A stretch of 63,900 nt of DNA, filler included, from Octopus bimaculoides (lineage: Eukaryota): NCBI RefSeq assembly GCF_001194135.2. It is 10 parts of 9 records of this genome, joined end to end, with 100 filler letters (N's around TTAATTAATTAA, not from the genome) between each part and the next. Parts side by side here need not be neighbours in the genome. Positions count along the whole stretch, not along the records: positions 1 to 22,812 come from NC_068989.1; 9 more parts are not named here. The stretch is one strand, 5' to 3'. Position numbers and translations under genes: made by a program. Within the stretch, counting starts at the first letter, position 1, and each line of letters begins with the position of its first letter. Below the pieces are notes generated by a model. It had not been told where the DNA came from. It did not search any database and was given only the letters and a program-made list of their open reading frames with translations. This document shows positions 1 to 12,560 of this stretch, one piece after another.

Positions 1-1478
1 CTTCTAATAGTAATTACTCAACTTTCTAGGCTCTTCTCACAGCTATCCCACGTTCAAAAATTATACAGATATTTTTTTTAATTTTCATTGAATAAATAAT
101 GTTTATACATTATATATTCATTAATAGCGAATTAAAACTTAAAAGAGAAAGTGAGATACATTGCAAATGAAAATGAAATACTCTGCAGTGAATGCAATGA
201 ATATTTAAATTTGTGATTAATTGGAGTTAAAAAAATGCAATAAACCTAATAAATCGAAATTATAGGAAATTTCTAAGAACATGAATTTATAAAAATATTT
301 CCAGTTGGTCAACCCTTTAATAATTGCTTTCTTTTAGTACTTTTAGTAATTGTTAAATACCTTATTAATTAGCAGCTTTATCCAATATAGTATAGATGTA
401 TATATATGAGCTTGTTCATATGTGTATGTGGATCACCACTTCCTATTAAATATACTATCTATAATAGAAATATAGTTCTACAGTTGTAAATTTTTCAGAG
501 ACTTTGTCTATTTTCTTACCTGTAATATTTCATTTGTGAGAATACATTTGAATTCTGTCAATGGATTAATACTGTTTTGCTATTAAATCCTTGGCGGAGC
601 AAATAGTAGTGACTGCTGTTCCTGCCATTCTGCTTCAGAGAAGAATCAAGGAACAAAGTATTTTTGATTCAATATTGGGAAATTTGGATTTTTTAAAAAA
701 TACTATTGTGTTATATTTTCTTCATCATCTAGTAAATGGTTGAGCCATGGTGCTGAGTTCCAAACTGCTGTCAGATTTCACTAAAGTATATGACTTTTGT
801 GACATTACAAATATAAAATAATTCTAGATAAGAAATCTTTAGTAAATCTGAAAAACTATCACTACATGTCATGGCAAAACAACCTAACTGCTGAAAGAAA
901 CTTGAAACCAACAATAAAAAAAAAAGTTTTAAGTCTGGCGATGTCAAATGAGAAAAAAAGTGTTCCTATGATTCAGTTGACAACAAAAAGGTACAACCAA
1001 TATGAAAATTACTTCACTGAGATGACAAAACATGGAAGATCTTATATGTTTCAAAACTAGGAAATCTTGAAATAAAGGAATGCTAACAAAATTATAAAAA
1101 CTGAATCTCAGAGCTTTAATGACAGCAAGAGTCCAGCCTCTAAATGTGGTTAAAAAAAGTTCACTTAGTGTGGAAATGTCTAATAAAAGCTGTTTGTTTA
1201 ATAATGTTTAAATGAAAGTCTAGGAATAATTAAAACATTGAGCAGAGTTAGTTTCCAGAGCTAATTCTTCAATCATAAACCCACCTTAATGTACAGGAAA
1301 AAGAGAAAAAAAAAACACTGCAACTTTATTAAGGTACATATGAGGACAAAGATCAATTGTTGAGCACATAGCACTCTATATAAACTAAGCAAAGCAGTGT
1401 ACTTCATTGCCATACCACCTGAAAAATACCTAGTTGACATGAAACTTTAAAGAAAGGCTATATTGGAACTTCAATATA

Positions 1479-2276
1479 CAGAGTGTTCAGGATAAATGTG
1501 GTGATTTTTTATGCCTTCTTTTTTCAGGAACAGCATGATGTATTGGTTAATAGTCAGTGGTGTGGAAGAGCATAAAGATTGAAGTTGTAGCTGAGAAAAA
1601 GTTAACTGACATCGAGGACTGGAAGCCATCTGAATATTGGAAAAGAGTTGCCTATATCATGATGATTCACACTGGGTATCAAAATGTTGACATCATGACT
1701 GCTGCTTAATGCTCTGTGAACATTATAAAAGCTATAAGATGTGACATGGACAGCTGCAACAGAGACTATGAAGCTGTGACCAGCAGGAAGGGACACAATA
1801 GGTGTTCTGATTGTGTCCCTGTGCCAGAATTCATCCCCACATCTTTGAGCAGGACCTTAGACTCAATTCAGACAGCTATGTGAAGTTGCTAGAGACTGTG
1901 GTCAAACCCTGGCTTGAGAGAGTAGCTGCTAAAAGGTCATAGGTGTAGCAACAGAATTCAGTTCCTTGCCATACCACCAGCAAGCATCAGTAGTGGTTGT
2001 CAGATAATTTCTATGACTTCAGCAACCCCAATTTCTGACCTCCTAATTCCCCCAATAATAATCTCATGGGTTACTATGTGAGGGATGTGGTTGAAAAAGA
2101 CACCAACCTCTCTGCCTACAACACCAAGGCCAAGTTAGTGACCAAGATAAAGATGTTTAAAGATCTTTCCAGAGACATAGTGAGGAATACATGCACCAGG
2201 TTCCAGAGCTTTATTTTTGGATATTGTGTTTTGTTTTTCTTTTATGCAAATTGTCAAATTTAGCCTGAAAACCCTG
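1479..2276 (+). mobile_element. Internally deleted Tc1/mariner (maT/DD37D-like) transposon remnant
   Basis: TA|CAGAGTGTTCAGGATAAATGT at 1477-1499 and AAATTTAGCCTGAAAACCCTG|TA at 2256-2278 form 17/21 TIRs flanked by TA. N-terminal remnant WKPSEYWKRVAYIMMIH... is joined to a C-terminal remnant YVKLLETVVKPWL...QQN-x37-(G)YYVRDVVEKDTN. The 37-residue spacing between degenerate catalytic positions fits DD37D. Several stops. Confidence 0.85.
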
Positions 2277-4321
2277 TATGATAGTGTTTTTATTAGATCA
2301 CATGCACCCTTATATACAGAAATATATTTCTTATCAACCAATCATTAATAAATGAACTAAAACTGGAAACTATTAAAAGATAATAATGGTTTTCCATTTT
2401 TGATTTTGGACTTCTTTTCCACATTAATTTCATACATGAGTAACAGCCATTTTAGTTAAACAATGATAAATTGTACCTAAACAGAAAGTTGCTTCTTGAA
2501 AAATGAACTTTTTGTGGAGTAAATACGATTATCTAGATGTACAGCAATTTCTCATTTTCTACTGGTAGAATGTTTATAGCAAAATGTGAGCAGAAGCTTA
2601 AAACAACCTAATTTTATTTTTGGCAGTCATCTCAAATATTCATGTGATAGTTCTAGTTTTACAGTCATGGCAGCTGCTCAAAAACATCTTACCAAATCTG
2701 CAGTATTCAATATCATTATTACACCTGTGTAGGATGATGATGATGGAGTGGAAGGTAGAGAATTGACTAGAAAGGAATAGCTTTTCCTGACTTTAGCTCA
2801 TACTAGATGAAATTAGGGGTCCATTCTCATTGGGTTAATAAAATAACTATCATAATATACAAGGCTGATTTTAACTAATTAAACCTGACAATAAAACTCC
2901 ATTGTCTATCATTATTATTATATTTCATTAAATATATTTCTATCTTTTGATTCCTATTTCTTGGTCTTCTAAAACACATACAAGTTAGGGTCTTTACAGG
3001 TTGTTCTAGAACAAATTAATTCAGTTTAATTTTTTTCTGTATGATACATTAATTATTCCAGTATCACACCTTATATCAAATGAAGGAAAATGAGAAAAGA
3101 AACTATGAAAGCATCTACAAACTTTCTTATTAGCCCTCCCTGAAGTATTTTCTTAATTAAAAATGAAAAAAAGTCATATATAGGAAACTGATAAAGAAGA
3201 AACACAAAGCAACAGAATCATTATGATGACTAATATAATTTGAAGCTGAAATCTCTATAGGCATTTAATTACATCATTCTTTGAAACAATTCCAGATGTG
3301 GTGATCAGAAGATAAAATAAAAGGCATAATTTGGAGGAATTAAACATAAACAAAGAAAAACTCATACTGGCTAATTTCTATTAACATAGCTAATTAACAA
3401 TACTGAAAAATATTATTTTAAAGGTTAAAAAATATCTGAAGAGGAAAAAGCTTTTGAAGAAGAAAAAATACTGAGGATGTGGAAGCTAGTGGTAGTTTGT
3501 ACAGTTGATGAGTAGAATGAAATAAAAAGGAGTGAAAATAAGGTAAAAAGAGTTAGAAATGAAACTAGTTCTACACCTTCCTTAGATGAAATTCTCTGAA
3601 AAAACAAGAAAAGGAGATTTCTAAATAGTATTGAATAAAGAGGATTTACCATAGAAATGTAATTAACTTGCTTTTTCCTTAAATCACTATTTTCCCATAT
3701 AATCTGGCAGGTGTTTTCTCACAAATAAAAAGAAAAATACAATTAAAAAAAATTCCCAGAAGTAGATTAACTTCCCAACCCATTAGATCCTCTTAGGAAT
3801 ATAGCTGTTTCTTCACAACTTTTTCAGGTAAGGATGTGTGTGTGTGTATGTGTGTGTGTGTGTAAGGGTACGTGTGCATGTGTGTGTGTGCATGTGGCAA
3901 AGGGATATAGAAGACAGACCCTAAAATTTAGAAAATGCTGATTCTATTACATAATAAAAAAAGAGAAGGAAACTTTGTAACAAGAGAAGCCTAAGTTATA
4001 GATCTTAGGATGGATTATTTAGCTCATTAAACATTGCAACAGAACAGACATAACACAATTATTTAACAAAAAAGAGAAAAACAATATAAGAAACTTACTA
4101 ATCTACATTCCTCATATTATTTTGGCACTTAATTGAATGTGCAGCCTGACATGAGGTCATGAGTCTATAACAACAAAGAAAATTGGATTAAGTGATGTTA
4201 CACTGACACTTGCTCGCAAACTCAGTTTGATAGGATCTTTTCTCTTGTTCTATGAGATTCAAAAAGAAACAAATATTTAACGAAGATTATCTAAAAAGAA
4301 AGAGTTAAAACCATTGTAAAC

Positions 4322-5593
4322 TGAAATATAATGTGTCTTGAATGGCACAACAATGCAGAGTGGACTATAATAACTGTTATAACTTAATTATTCATAGTCT
4401 GATATAATATTTTGAAATATAAAAATTCCTTTTTCAGATATCACTAGGAATTGATCGAGTCGCTGCTATTATCGGTTTTCCAACGGTTACTGAAGTTTTT
4501 TCTTTCACAAGTGTCTCTGTAGTGGTCTCATGAAGCTCCTTCCAGAATTCCTCATGAGAAGTGCGTGAGGGTAGCCATGTCTCAAGCTCGTGTGTGTTGG
4601 CATATCTGCAGCACTGCTTCTAAGTTATGTATTATATGTGCAGTTTTCTCTTTTTATAATACATTAGCATATTATCAGAAATGAACTTACATGCATCCAG
4701 ATGTAGCTAAATAATAGATTAATTGCTAATTTTTAGGCTGTTGTTAATTTGGGGCCCTAATCTGCCTATGAGGATAGCCTCCTTAATTCTTAGATTTCCC
4801 AAATTTTCGTCATTGGCCTCAATTGTGATTGTTATGCTTTTGCCAGTGTTCTGGCATCTGTCTAGATGTTTTCTGAAGGAGGAAGCTCATGTGTTTAGAT
4901 GTTCTTTGATGCGAATGTGTAATGGTCTTCTTGTACTACCCACATAGATCTTGTTGCATTTGTTACATTGTATTCTATACACAATACTTACTCGTTGGCA
5001 TAAATCTGTGTCATGGATGAGACAGTTAGCTAGTGTGCATTGATTGTTGTCCCTTGCTCATTTCTTTGCTAGGTATCTTCTCAGAGAGGGGCTGGAGTGG
5101 GCTAGTTGTATGTCTAATCTTTCTTTTCTTATGGCTCTTCAGATGGCTGTAGTTATCCTCTCACTAAAATGGGGTATTTTAAGGAAGCTGGGTTTTCTGT
5201 GTGTTTGGCATGTCTGTCATCTTGGGTACTTAAGCCAATTTCTGATAATATGCTCACAGTAAAAAAAAAAACTGCACGTATAATACATAACTCGGAAGCA
5301 GCACTGCAGATATGCCAACCCACACAAGCTTGAGACATGGCCGCTCTCATGCACTTCTCATGAGGAATTCTGGAAGGAGCTTTATGAGACCACTACAGAG
5401 ACGCTTCCGAAAAAAAACATTTCAGTAACCACTGGAAAACCGATTATAGCAGTGACATGATCAATTCCTAGCAATATCTGAAGAAGGAATTTTTATATTC
5501 CAGAATATTATATCAGACTATGAATAATTAAATTATAACAGCTATTATAGTCCACTCTGCATTGTTGTGCTATTCAAGGCACCTTATATTTCA
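4322..5593 (-). mobile_element. 5'-truncated Penelope-like element (GIY-YIG end) flanked by inverted pseudo-LTRs
   Basis: Minus strand ~4715-5060 reads VYRIQCNKCNKIYVGSTRRPLHIRIKEH..LRIKEAILI..PQIN, a PLE GIY-YIG endonuclease with one stop. Arms 4322-4682 and 5238-5593 are reverse complements, about 85-90% identical by eye. Confidence 0.85.
5473..5514 (+). ncRNA. Degenerate minimal hammerhead ribozyme in PLE pLTR (second copy on minus strand at 4401-4442)
   Basis: (A)ATAT-CTGAAGA-A-GGAAT-TTTTAT-ATTCC-AGAA-TA-TT-ATATC. The other arm reads GATAT-CTGAAAA-AGGAAT..ATTTC-AAAA-TA-TT-ATATC. The two-copy consensus restores CUGAAGA/GAAA and stems I and II (inference). Confidence 0.5.
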
Positions 5594-6494
5594 CAAACTA
5601 TATACAATGCTTCAAGCAAACTACAATACTCTCCTGTTGTAAATTATTTTCTTCATAAAAGTGTAAACAAAAATACACAGCTCACTACATGTCCTAACTT
5701 GCAAATAGTAACTATGGACTAAATAACCTCAATTACTTATGTTAATGTACTATTTGCAGAATTACAGTTATAATTGCTATCACAGGAAATAGCACTTAAG
5801 AGGGCTGATGAAATGTCTAGTAATGAGTTCTAACATATGCACAAGGCCTAAAATTTAGGAGAGAGTATAACTAAGACTGACCCCAGTACTTCATTGATAC
5901 ACTTCTATAATACAAAGAAAGATAAAAAGCAAAGTCTACATGAATGTAATTTGAACTTTGAGCATCTGAATACCATAACGCTTTTGGGCACTCTACAGAT
6001 TGTGCTATGAGCTATATTGTCATCATGTTAAGCTATCTAATAATACACTTTACCACTATGCAGCTCTTGATACTAAAAGAATTAGAGAAAAATACCATTT
6101 ACATTGTAGAATTAACAAAGGAGATGAAAAGTGAGCTGTTTTATACTATACCTTAGAAAAAGACATTCAGTAAGTTTATACATATTTCAAACATATTCAA
6201 GCTGTAGACTAATAAATATGCATGTGTAAATAATCTATTCTAATTGATATATCCATGCAGAAGGAGCCAGAAAATACATTTGCTATGAACAAGCATTTTT
6301 CATACAAGAAGATATGTATATTTGGTTCACTTTTGAAGAGAAAGCAAACAATCTGAAAATATGAGCATTAAGGTAGCTAACAAACAAATTGTTTGTTAGG
6401 TTTAGAGCAGAGCTCTGTCTCAATTTGAATCTAGGGTTTGTTATTTCCAATGCATAAATTTCCAACTTTACAAATTGACTGATACAATCATTAA

Positions 6495-9400
6495 CCCCTT
6501 ACCCAGCAGATTTTTGAAAAACAAAAACTATGCAAAACCAGATGAATTTTTTTCTTGCTTATGTTATAGTATATTTTATGTTGTTGCCCAGGAAAGTATT
6601 AGAATTCAAATATTGTATATATTCATGTAAATATATATGTTATCATTAGCATATGTAAGCAAAAACAAGATATCTTGTCTTCTGTAAAAAAAAAAAACAA
6701 TAAATAAATTGAAAAATTGGAAAGACTGTTTTAAATAAAAGAAGGGATAAAATAAAAGCAAAGAAACATTACTTGCTTTACTTGTAGTACTTCTCTTTCA
6801 TTACATGGCTACTTTAAATGAAATGCTTCAAAACATGGAGTTACACATAATGGAACTTTGCAAATTTTACACATATGTAGTGAAACTACCTATCGTCACT
6901 AGATACAAAACTACTATCGCCATTACATACAATCTTCTCATTTAAATATAAATAAATGCGAGCGTAGTAGAGAACCCATTCCTTATCACGTGACTGATTA
7001 TTATTCGAATCGGCAACTTCTTCGAACCTTTCCCGCCAGAACGCAAACTGACCAATCACGGCCCCTAATAAGGTCACGTGATAGAGTAAAATTCTGAAGC
7101 CATCGGGAGCCTATAGTTTGTTATAAATAGCTTTAACTCGGCAACCAAATTTGTCTCGNNNNNNNNNNNNNNNNNNNNNNNNNNNNNNNNNNNNNNNNNN
7201 NNNNNNNNNNNNNNNNNNNNNNNNNNNNNNNNNNNNNNNNNNNNNNNNNNNNNNNNNNNNNNNNNNNNNNNNNNNNNNNNNNNNNNNNNNNNNNNNNNNN
7301 NNNNNNNNNNNNNNNNNNNNNNNNNNNNNNNNNNNNNNNNNNNNNNNNNNNNNNNNNNNNNNNNNNNNNNNNNNNNNNNNNNNNNNNNNNNNNNNNNNNN
7401 NNNNNNNNNNNNNNNNNNNNNNNNNNNNNNNNNNNNNNNNNNNNNNNNNNNNNNNNNNNNNNNNNNNNNNNNNNNNNNNNNNNNNNNNNNNNNNNNNNNN
7501 NNNNNNNNNNNNNNNNNNNNNNNNNNNNNNNNNNNNNNNNNNNNNNNNNNNNNNNNNNNNNNNNNNNNNNNNNNNNNNNNNNNNNNNNNNNNNNNNNNNN
7601 NNNNNNNNNNNNNNNNNNNNNNNNNNNNNNNNNNNNNNNNNNNNNNNNNNNNNNNNNNNNNNNNNNNNNNNNNNNNNNNNNNNNNNNNNNNNNNNNNNNN
7701 NNNNNNNNNNNNNNNNNNNNNNNNNNNNNNNNNNNNNNNNNNNNNNNNNNNNNNNNNNNNNNNNNNNNNNNNNNNNNNNNNNNNNNNNNNNNNNNNNNNN
7801 NNNNNNNNNNNNNNNNNNNNNNNNNNNNNNNNNNNNNNNNNNNNNNNNNNNNNNNNNNNNNNNNNNNNNNNNNNNNNNNNNNNNNNNNNNNNNNNNNNNN
7901 NNNNNNNNNNNNGACGGCCTGTCTTTGATTATGTTCTTATATGTCGCATTCACACTCTCACACAGACATACATCTTTAACGCTACAATAAATATCTCTGT
8001 TATTCATCTTATACGGTTGTGGTCTTTCATTACTGGTCATCTATGTTATCGTCGCATAACATATTATATATATCATCCATCGATATATATTTGTATGTTC
8101 GACCGTGTGACACGTTTAAATAAAAGGAGTCCTCTGTTTTTCCATTCGTCACCATTTCTCCTTTTATGAGTTCGCACGGTCGTCCCTTACACATATAACA
8201 GGATGCTTTGTGAACTGGCTTTCCATAGGCATCCCATTTTTTGCACATTACACACTCTTTCTTTTGGGAAATTTCTTCTTTTTTGTGGGAGGAATATTCA
8301 TGGGAAAATATCCAGATGATTGCTGAGTAGGGTGAGATGAAGATGGTCTTCAAGCTCGTCGGCAATAAACATCAACATGGTTTTCTTTGAAGAGGGAATC
8401 AATAAGTTCAAGTCTATATTTCATATGAGATATTGGTTTTGCTGTGGCTCCATTTATTTGTGTCAATGATTTTTTATAAAGTATGTATGAATTCCACACT
8501 GCCAAGTCCATCAAGTGAAAAACACCTTCTTGTAATATCTCTTTCCACGTTTTCAGGGAAGGGGTAATCAACCAAATGCTGGTCGAGTTTGCCAACTCCA
8601 CCCATAGTGAAATTGTAACCATAACCCACTTGTGGCTTTATTACCTGTTTCCTTGGAATGCTTACATCTATCATCATAGATGGATTACGAATAGTAGGGA
8701 TCATAGTAACATCTTTTTTATTCTTCCATTTTAGTGCCATCCCCTTTTCTCTTTGAAAAGAACAAATTACACCTTTGTTTAGCTTTGCTTGCTTGATTTC
8801 TTTTGGCAAATCCTTTCTTGTGAAACGTATTGTTCCTAGAAAATCTGTGTAATTAGCTACGAAAATATCTGCTAGTTCTGAATAAGCATAAAAACTGTTC
8901 ACGATATACTTTTCTCAGCAAAGGTTCCACAAGATTCATCACTATTCGTGGTACCATAGTAAGTTCTTTATATTTGTTGCCAATTTGAGTTCCCTTTCCA
9001 CAATAAATCATAAATTTCCACACATAGTCTGTGTCACATTCACATAACATGAAATATTTAACTCCAAATCTATTCCTCCTCAAGAGTAAATATTGAACCC
9101 AACCCAATCTTCCTTTGTATAACATGAGGCTCTCATCAATAGAAATGTCTCATTTTGGAGTGTACAAACTCTGGAACTTAGCTTAGAGTATATATCATAT
9201 ATTTTATGCAACTTAGGAGTTGGGTGATTTGCTTCATCATAAAAATCATTATCAACGAAATGTAGATATTGTTTTATCTTACAAAATTGCTTCAGAGACA
9301 TGACAGTTCCATAAACTGGCTGTTCAAGAAGAGGATGCTTTGACTAGTGCATTTCCAAATCTGGTGCCTTTATAATACCTCCAAGCATGTTCACAGCAGA

Positions 9401-10048
9401 ACATAAATGCATTTCCCTGACTAACAGGGTGCCAATTCTTATCTCTGGGTGAAGTTTGTTGTGCAAATCTAATTGTCTCCATCAAAATAAAGGGAAAAAA
9501 AATCAAGAGGAGTCACTTCAGATCAATTGATATTCCTGGGTCTCCAGTGAAAGGAAATAGTGGAAGAGCAGGCACAAGATTATCTCTAACAGGAAGCCGA
9601 TACCATTGCCTAGCAGCAAGCAAGGCATCATCATTACTATCATTATCATCATCATCATCTGAAAGAGTAACTTCCAGATCCAATTCACTTGCACTAGAAT
9701 CTGAGGGGTCGAGATTAGCAAAATCCATATCATCAATTTTGCTGTTACTGCTCGTTTTAAAAATAAAAATGCAAAATGGATCCTTAGATGAATGACTGGT
9801 AAGTGCAATGATGCAAGACATGAGTCACATGACTGAAGTGGAGCATAAATGGTGTAATGTGCTACCAGACATGATTAGGACAAACATACTTGTTTACACC
9901 TGAAAAGTGCTGTAGAAGAGTTGAGTTAGATGAGATATTCTGTCCCAGCCATTATTTGAGAGAATAATTTTTGGATGAGATATTTTGTCCAACACTGAAA
10001 AAGTCAAACATGCTAAAAAGAAGTATCTTGCCATTGCCAGGCAAGGGA
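6495..10048 (-). mobile_element. Full-length but decayed piggyBac (PGBD4-like) transposon
   Basis: TTAA|CCCCTTACCCAGCAG at 6491-6509 and TTGCCAGGCAAGGGA|TTAA at 10034-10052 give a degenerate TIR (differences are transitions) with a TTAA TSD. Frameshifted transposase motifs: FPFTGDPG, LYKGRLGWVQY..RNRFGVKYFMLCECDTDYVWKFMIYCGKG, YNFTMGGV.KLDQ, FHLMDLAVWNSYILY, and a C-terminal Cys-rich C..C..PLCVTPCFEAFH ending at the stop at 6809-6811. Confidence 0.92.
6876..8191 (+). mobile_element. Probable solo LTR (TGTA...TACA, 4-bp TSD CATA) inserted in piggyBac; middle lies in an N-gap
   Basis: CATA at 6872-6875 and 8192-8195. Ends are TGTAGTG... and ...CCCTTACA, with AATAAA near 7986. Removing the insert restores the reading SCYMCKICKVPLC. 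The insert is richer in CpG than its flanks. Confidence 0.75.
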
Positions 10049-10825
10049 TTAAAAAACTGACCTCTATTCTACTTTATATTCACTGACTGATGTCAACAAA
10101 AACACTAACCATGATATTCAACAACCACACAACTGATAAATCAAAGTTGTTGACTGCAAATCAGTGAAGCATAATATATACTTGCTCAGAAAGAAAAAGG
10201 GGAATAGAGAACAGATAAAATCTGAAAACAGAGTAGACAGAATAATGCAGTCATGTGTTTACATCAGGTATTGTTCAATATCAGCTGATGTTTGACAGCC
10301 AGACCTGTTACATATGAATAGTCTGCACCATGAATAGCATGAACTGAAACTAGCTTAAGGACTACGAAGTAGCAGACTACAGATATGGAACCAGTCCACA
10401 ACTAAATCACTATATGAAAAGAACTTCCCATCATTCTTCATGTAGTTCTCTATTGAAGGATCAAACTTTAAAAATAAATGCTATGAATTGAAAGCTTCAA
10501 CTTCCCTCTCAGTCATTCACAACCTCTCAATTCATTCAGTTGTTAAATTAATGGCAATTCATTCCCATTGTTTTAGGGCTGATCTTCACAAAGGTGAACT
10601 GCTGGTATAACTCCTCAGAAAATAGTGAATCAATTGAATGTAAGGTAAAGTTTGATGGAGTGTATAAGTGTAGAGGTACTGGATTCAAATGTAGTGCAGA
10701 AGACTAGAATGAATATGAGGTCTGAGACTGTCAGATGGAAAATGATTGTACAAAGGGAGTAAACATGTAGTTTGGGTTCATTTTGGGCAAGTATTTTTGA
10801 TAGACAGAAACTGTGTTGAAATATG

Positions 10826-11075
10826 TAATCACCATCATCATCATTTAATGTATGTTTTCCATGCTGGTATGAGGTCAATGGCATGACAGGAGCTGGCAAA
10901 ACCAGGTGTCACATCAGGCTCCGTTGTCTGTTTTGGCATGACTTCTACAGCCAAATGCCCTTCCTAACACCAACCACTGTAATGGGTGCTTTTTATGTGG
11001 CACCAGCACCAGCGTTAGTGCTTCTTATGTGATACCATCACTGACAGGGTCACCAAGTACCTTGCAAGACAAAAA
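10826..11075 (-). mobile_element. SINE-like repeat family C, (GAT)n-tailed
   Basis: CATCATCATCAT tail on + and the motif ATGCCCTTCCTAACACCAACCAC, shared with 43430-43715, 19535-19675 and 40680-40790. Confidence 0.7.
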
Positions 11076-11699
11076 TCCCTCAACTGAAAGAGGAAAGTAG
11101 TATGGAATGGGAATGGCTTTGTGCCAGTTGAGAATTAGCCTTGCTGTAGAGTAGATACAGGGATAGCCCAGTTGGAAAAGAAAGGTGGATGAGTTGGAGA
11201 GTAAGATAAAGAGAGTAATAGTGGGAGAGATGGTGATAAAGGTGCATCAGGACATACCCTCAGGAGACATTGGTGGCAGGTGAGAATAAATGAGGTGATA
11301 CAGAGGTTTGGACTAGATGAGTGGGCAGGATAGAGGTGACTGTAGCAAATGATGGAATGAAATACAGGAGAGGCTCAGGGGTGGGGGTTATGCTAGGTAT
11401 GTGAGGGCATTGATGGTGATAGCGGATAAGCAAGGTGTTAATGAGGAAGAACAATACAGGGGAGAGAAGGCACAAAAAGGACATGGTTTGTGGAAACAGC
11501 AGGCAAGGGAAGATAATGGAAAATGGATGTGGTTTGGAGTGGGGGGAAGAAATGTAACCAAGAAAGCAGGGTGTGTGCCTTTTCTGCTCTCAAGTAATAG
11601 AGAAGTGATGGGTGTTAGGGGACGAAATGTAAAGAGAAATGGTTGATGGAGCAAAGAAAATGAAGGTGGGGATGGGGCACAGCTCCTCACAGACAAGCA

Positions 11700-11870
11700 T
11701 TACCAAGTGATTTTAGGATATCAATTCTGCTGTAGTGGACAGGTCTTTTTGAATACAGCAAGATTCCAGATATTTTGGTCTTTGTTATCTCCCTCATAAA
11801 TCTCAGCATCTTGAGCTCAGGTTTCAATACTTCATCCCATGTCTTCCTGGATTTCCATCTGTGGTGGAAA
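11700..11870 (-). mobile_element. RTE-clade LINE 3' fragment
   Basis: RKSRKTWDEVLKPELKML resembles the RTE ORF2 C-terminal GRPRKTW..V..DL motif. Confidence 0.55.
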
Positions 11871-11879
11871 GAACTTTGA

Positions 11880-12215
11880 AGGGACCAGTTGGGAAGGAGA
11901 AGGGTTGGAGACAAGAGCATATTTAGTGTCATAGGTATAGGAAGAGAGATAAGAGTTGGTTAGGTATTTAGAGATGGGTTTAATAGAGTAGTTACAAGTA
12001 GAGATGATGGAGTAGCTAGGGTTGTTGGGCCTATGAATTTGAGCATGGAAAAAATGGAGGAAGGAGATGATATGGTGTTTGGTGATAGAGACTAGCTGTT
12101 GGTTGCTGTGCTTATAGTGATTAGGTAGCGCAAAGTAGAAAAGGAGTTTATTGAGGTGATGCAGAGCTTTGATTGGTGTTGGAAGTGATGGAGTGCAACT
12201 TCCACCATATCTCAA
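11880..12215 (-). mobile_element. Highly degenerate Penelope-like RT N-terminal fragment
   Basis: AQIHRPNNPSYSIISTCNYSIKPISKYL..YTYDTKYAL resembles the PLE pattern PKIHK...GRPIVS..N.PTE.ISKYLD..Y..DT..AL. Confidence 0.45.
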
Positions 12216-12343
12216 ATATTTATAAAAATCAAAGCAGACTAAAGCAAATCAGTACATACCAAATCAGTGAAGAGATTAAATAAACATTTGTAGATTTTTG
12301 AATGCCAAACTGTAACAGTACAGACTCAATATTTTGGAAAGTC

Positions 12344-12560
12344 AAGGTGGTGTGCTGGCAAAAACACTAGCACACCAGGTGAAATGCTTAGCGGTATTTT
12401 GTTTGTCTTTATGTTCTGAGTTCAAATTCCACCAAGGTCAACTTTGCCTTTGATCCTTTTGGGCTCGATAAATTTAGTACCAGTTGCGTACTGGAGTTGA
12501 TCTAATCGACTGGCCCCCTCCCCCAAAATTTTGGGCCTTGTGCCTAGAGTAGAAAAGAAT
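12344..12560 (+). mobile_element. tRNA-derived SINE family B
   Basis: A-box-like TGGCAAAAACAC and B-box-like GAGTTCAAATTCC. Body GTCAACTTTGCCTTTGATCC..GATAAATTTAGTACCAGTTGCGTAC..GGCCTTGTGCCTAGAGTAGAAAAG recurs reversed at 59125-59495. Confidence 0.8.

Noticed and set aside
300-850. Kolobok-like end (AACCCT|TTAA near 311-320) and stop-interrupted frames vaguely like piggyBac or hAT transposase
   Set aside because: No partner terminus and the motifs are too weak to assign.
11150-11690. Purine/pyrimidine-skewed ORFs (also 19005-19500 and 14100-14230)
   Set aside because: Low-complexity, and probably old retroelement debris with no diagnostic motif.
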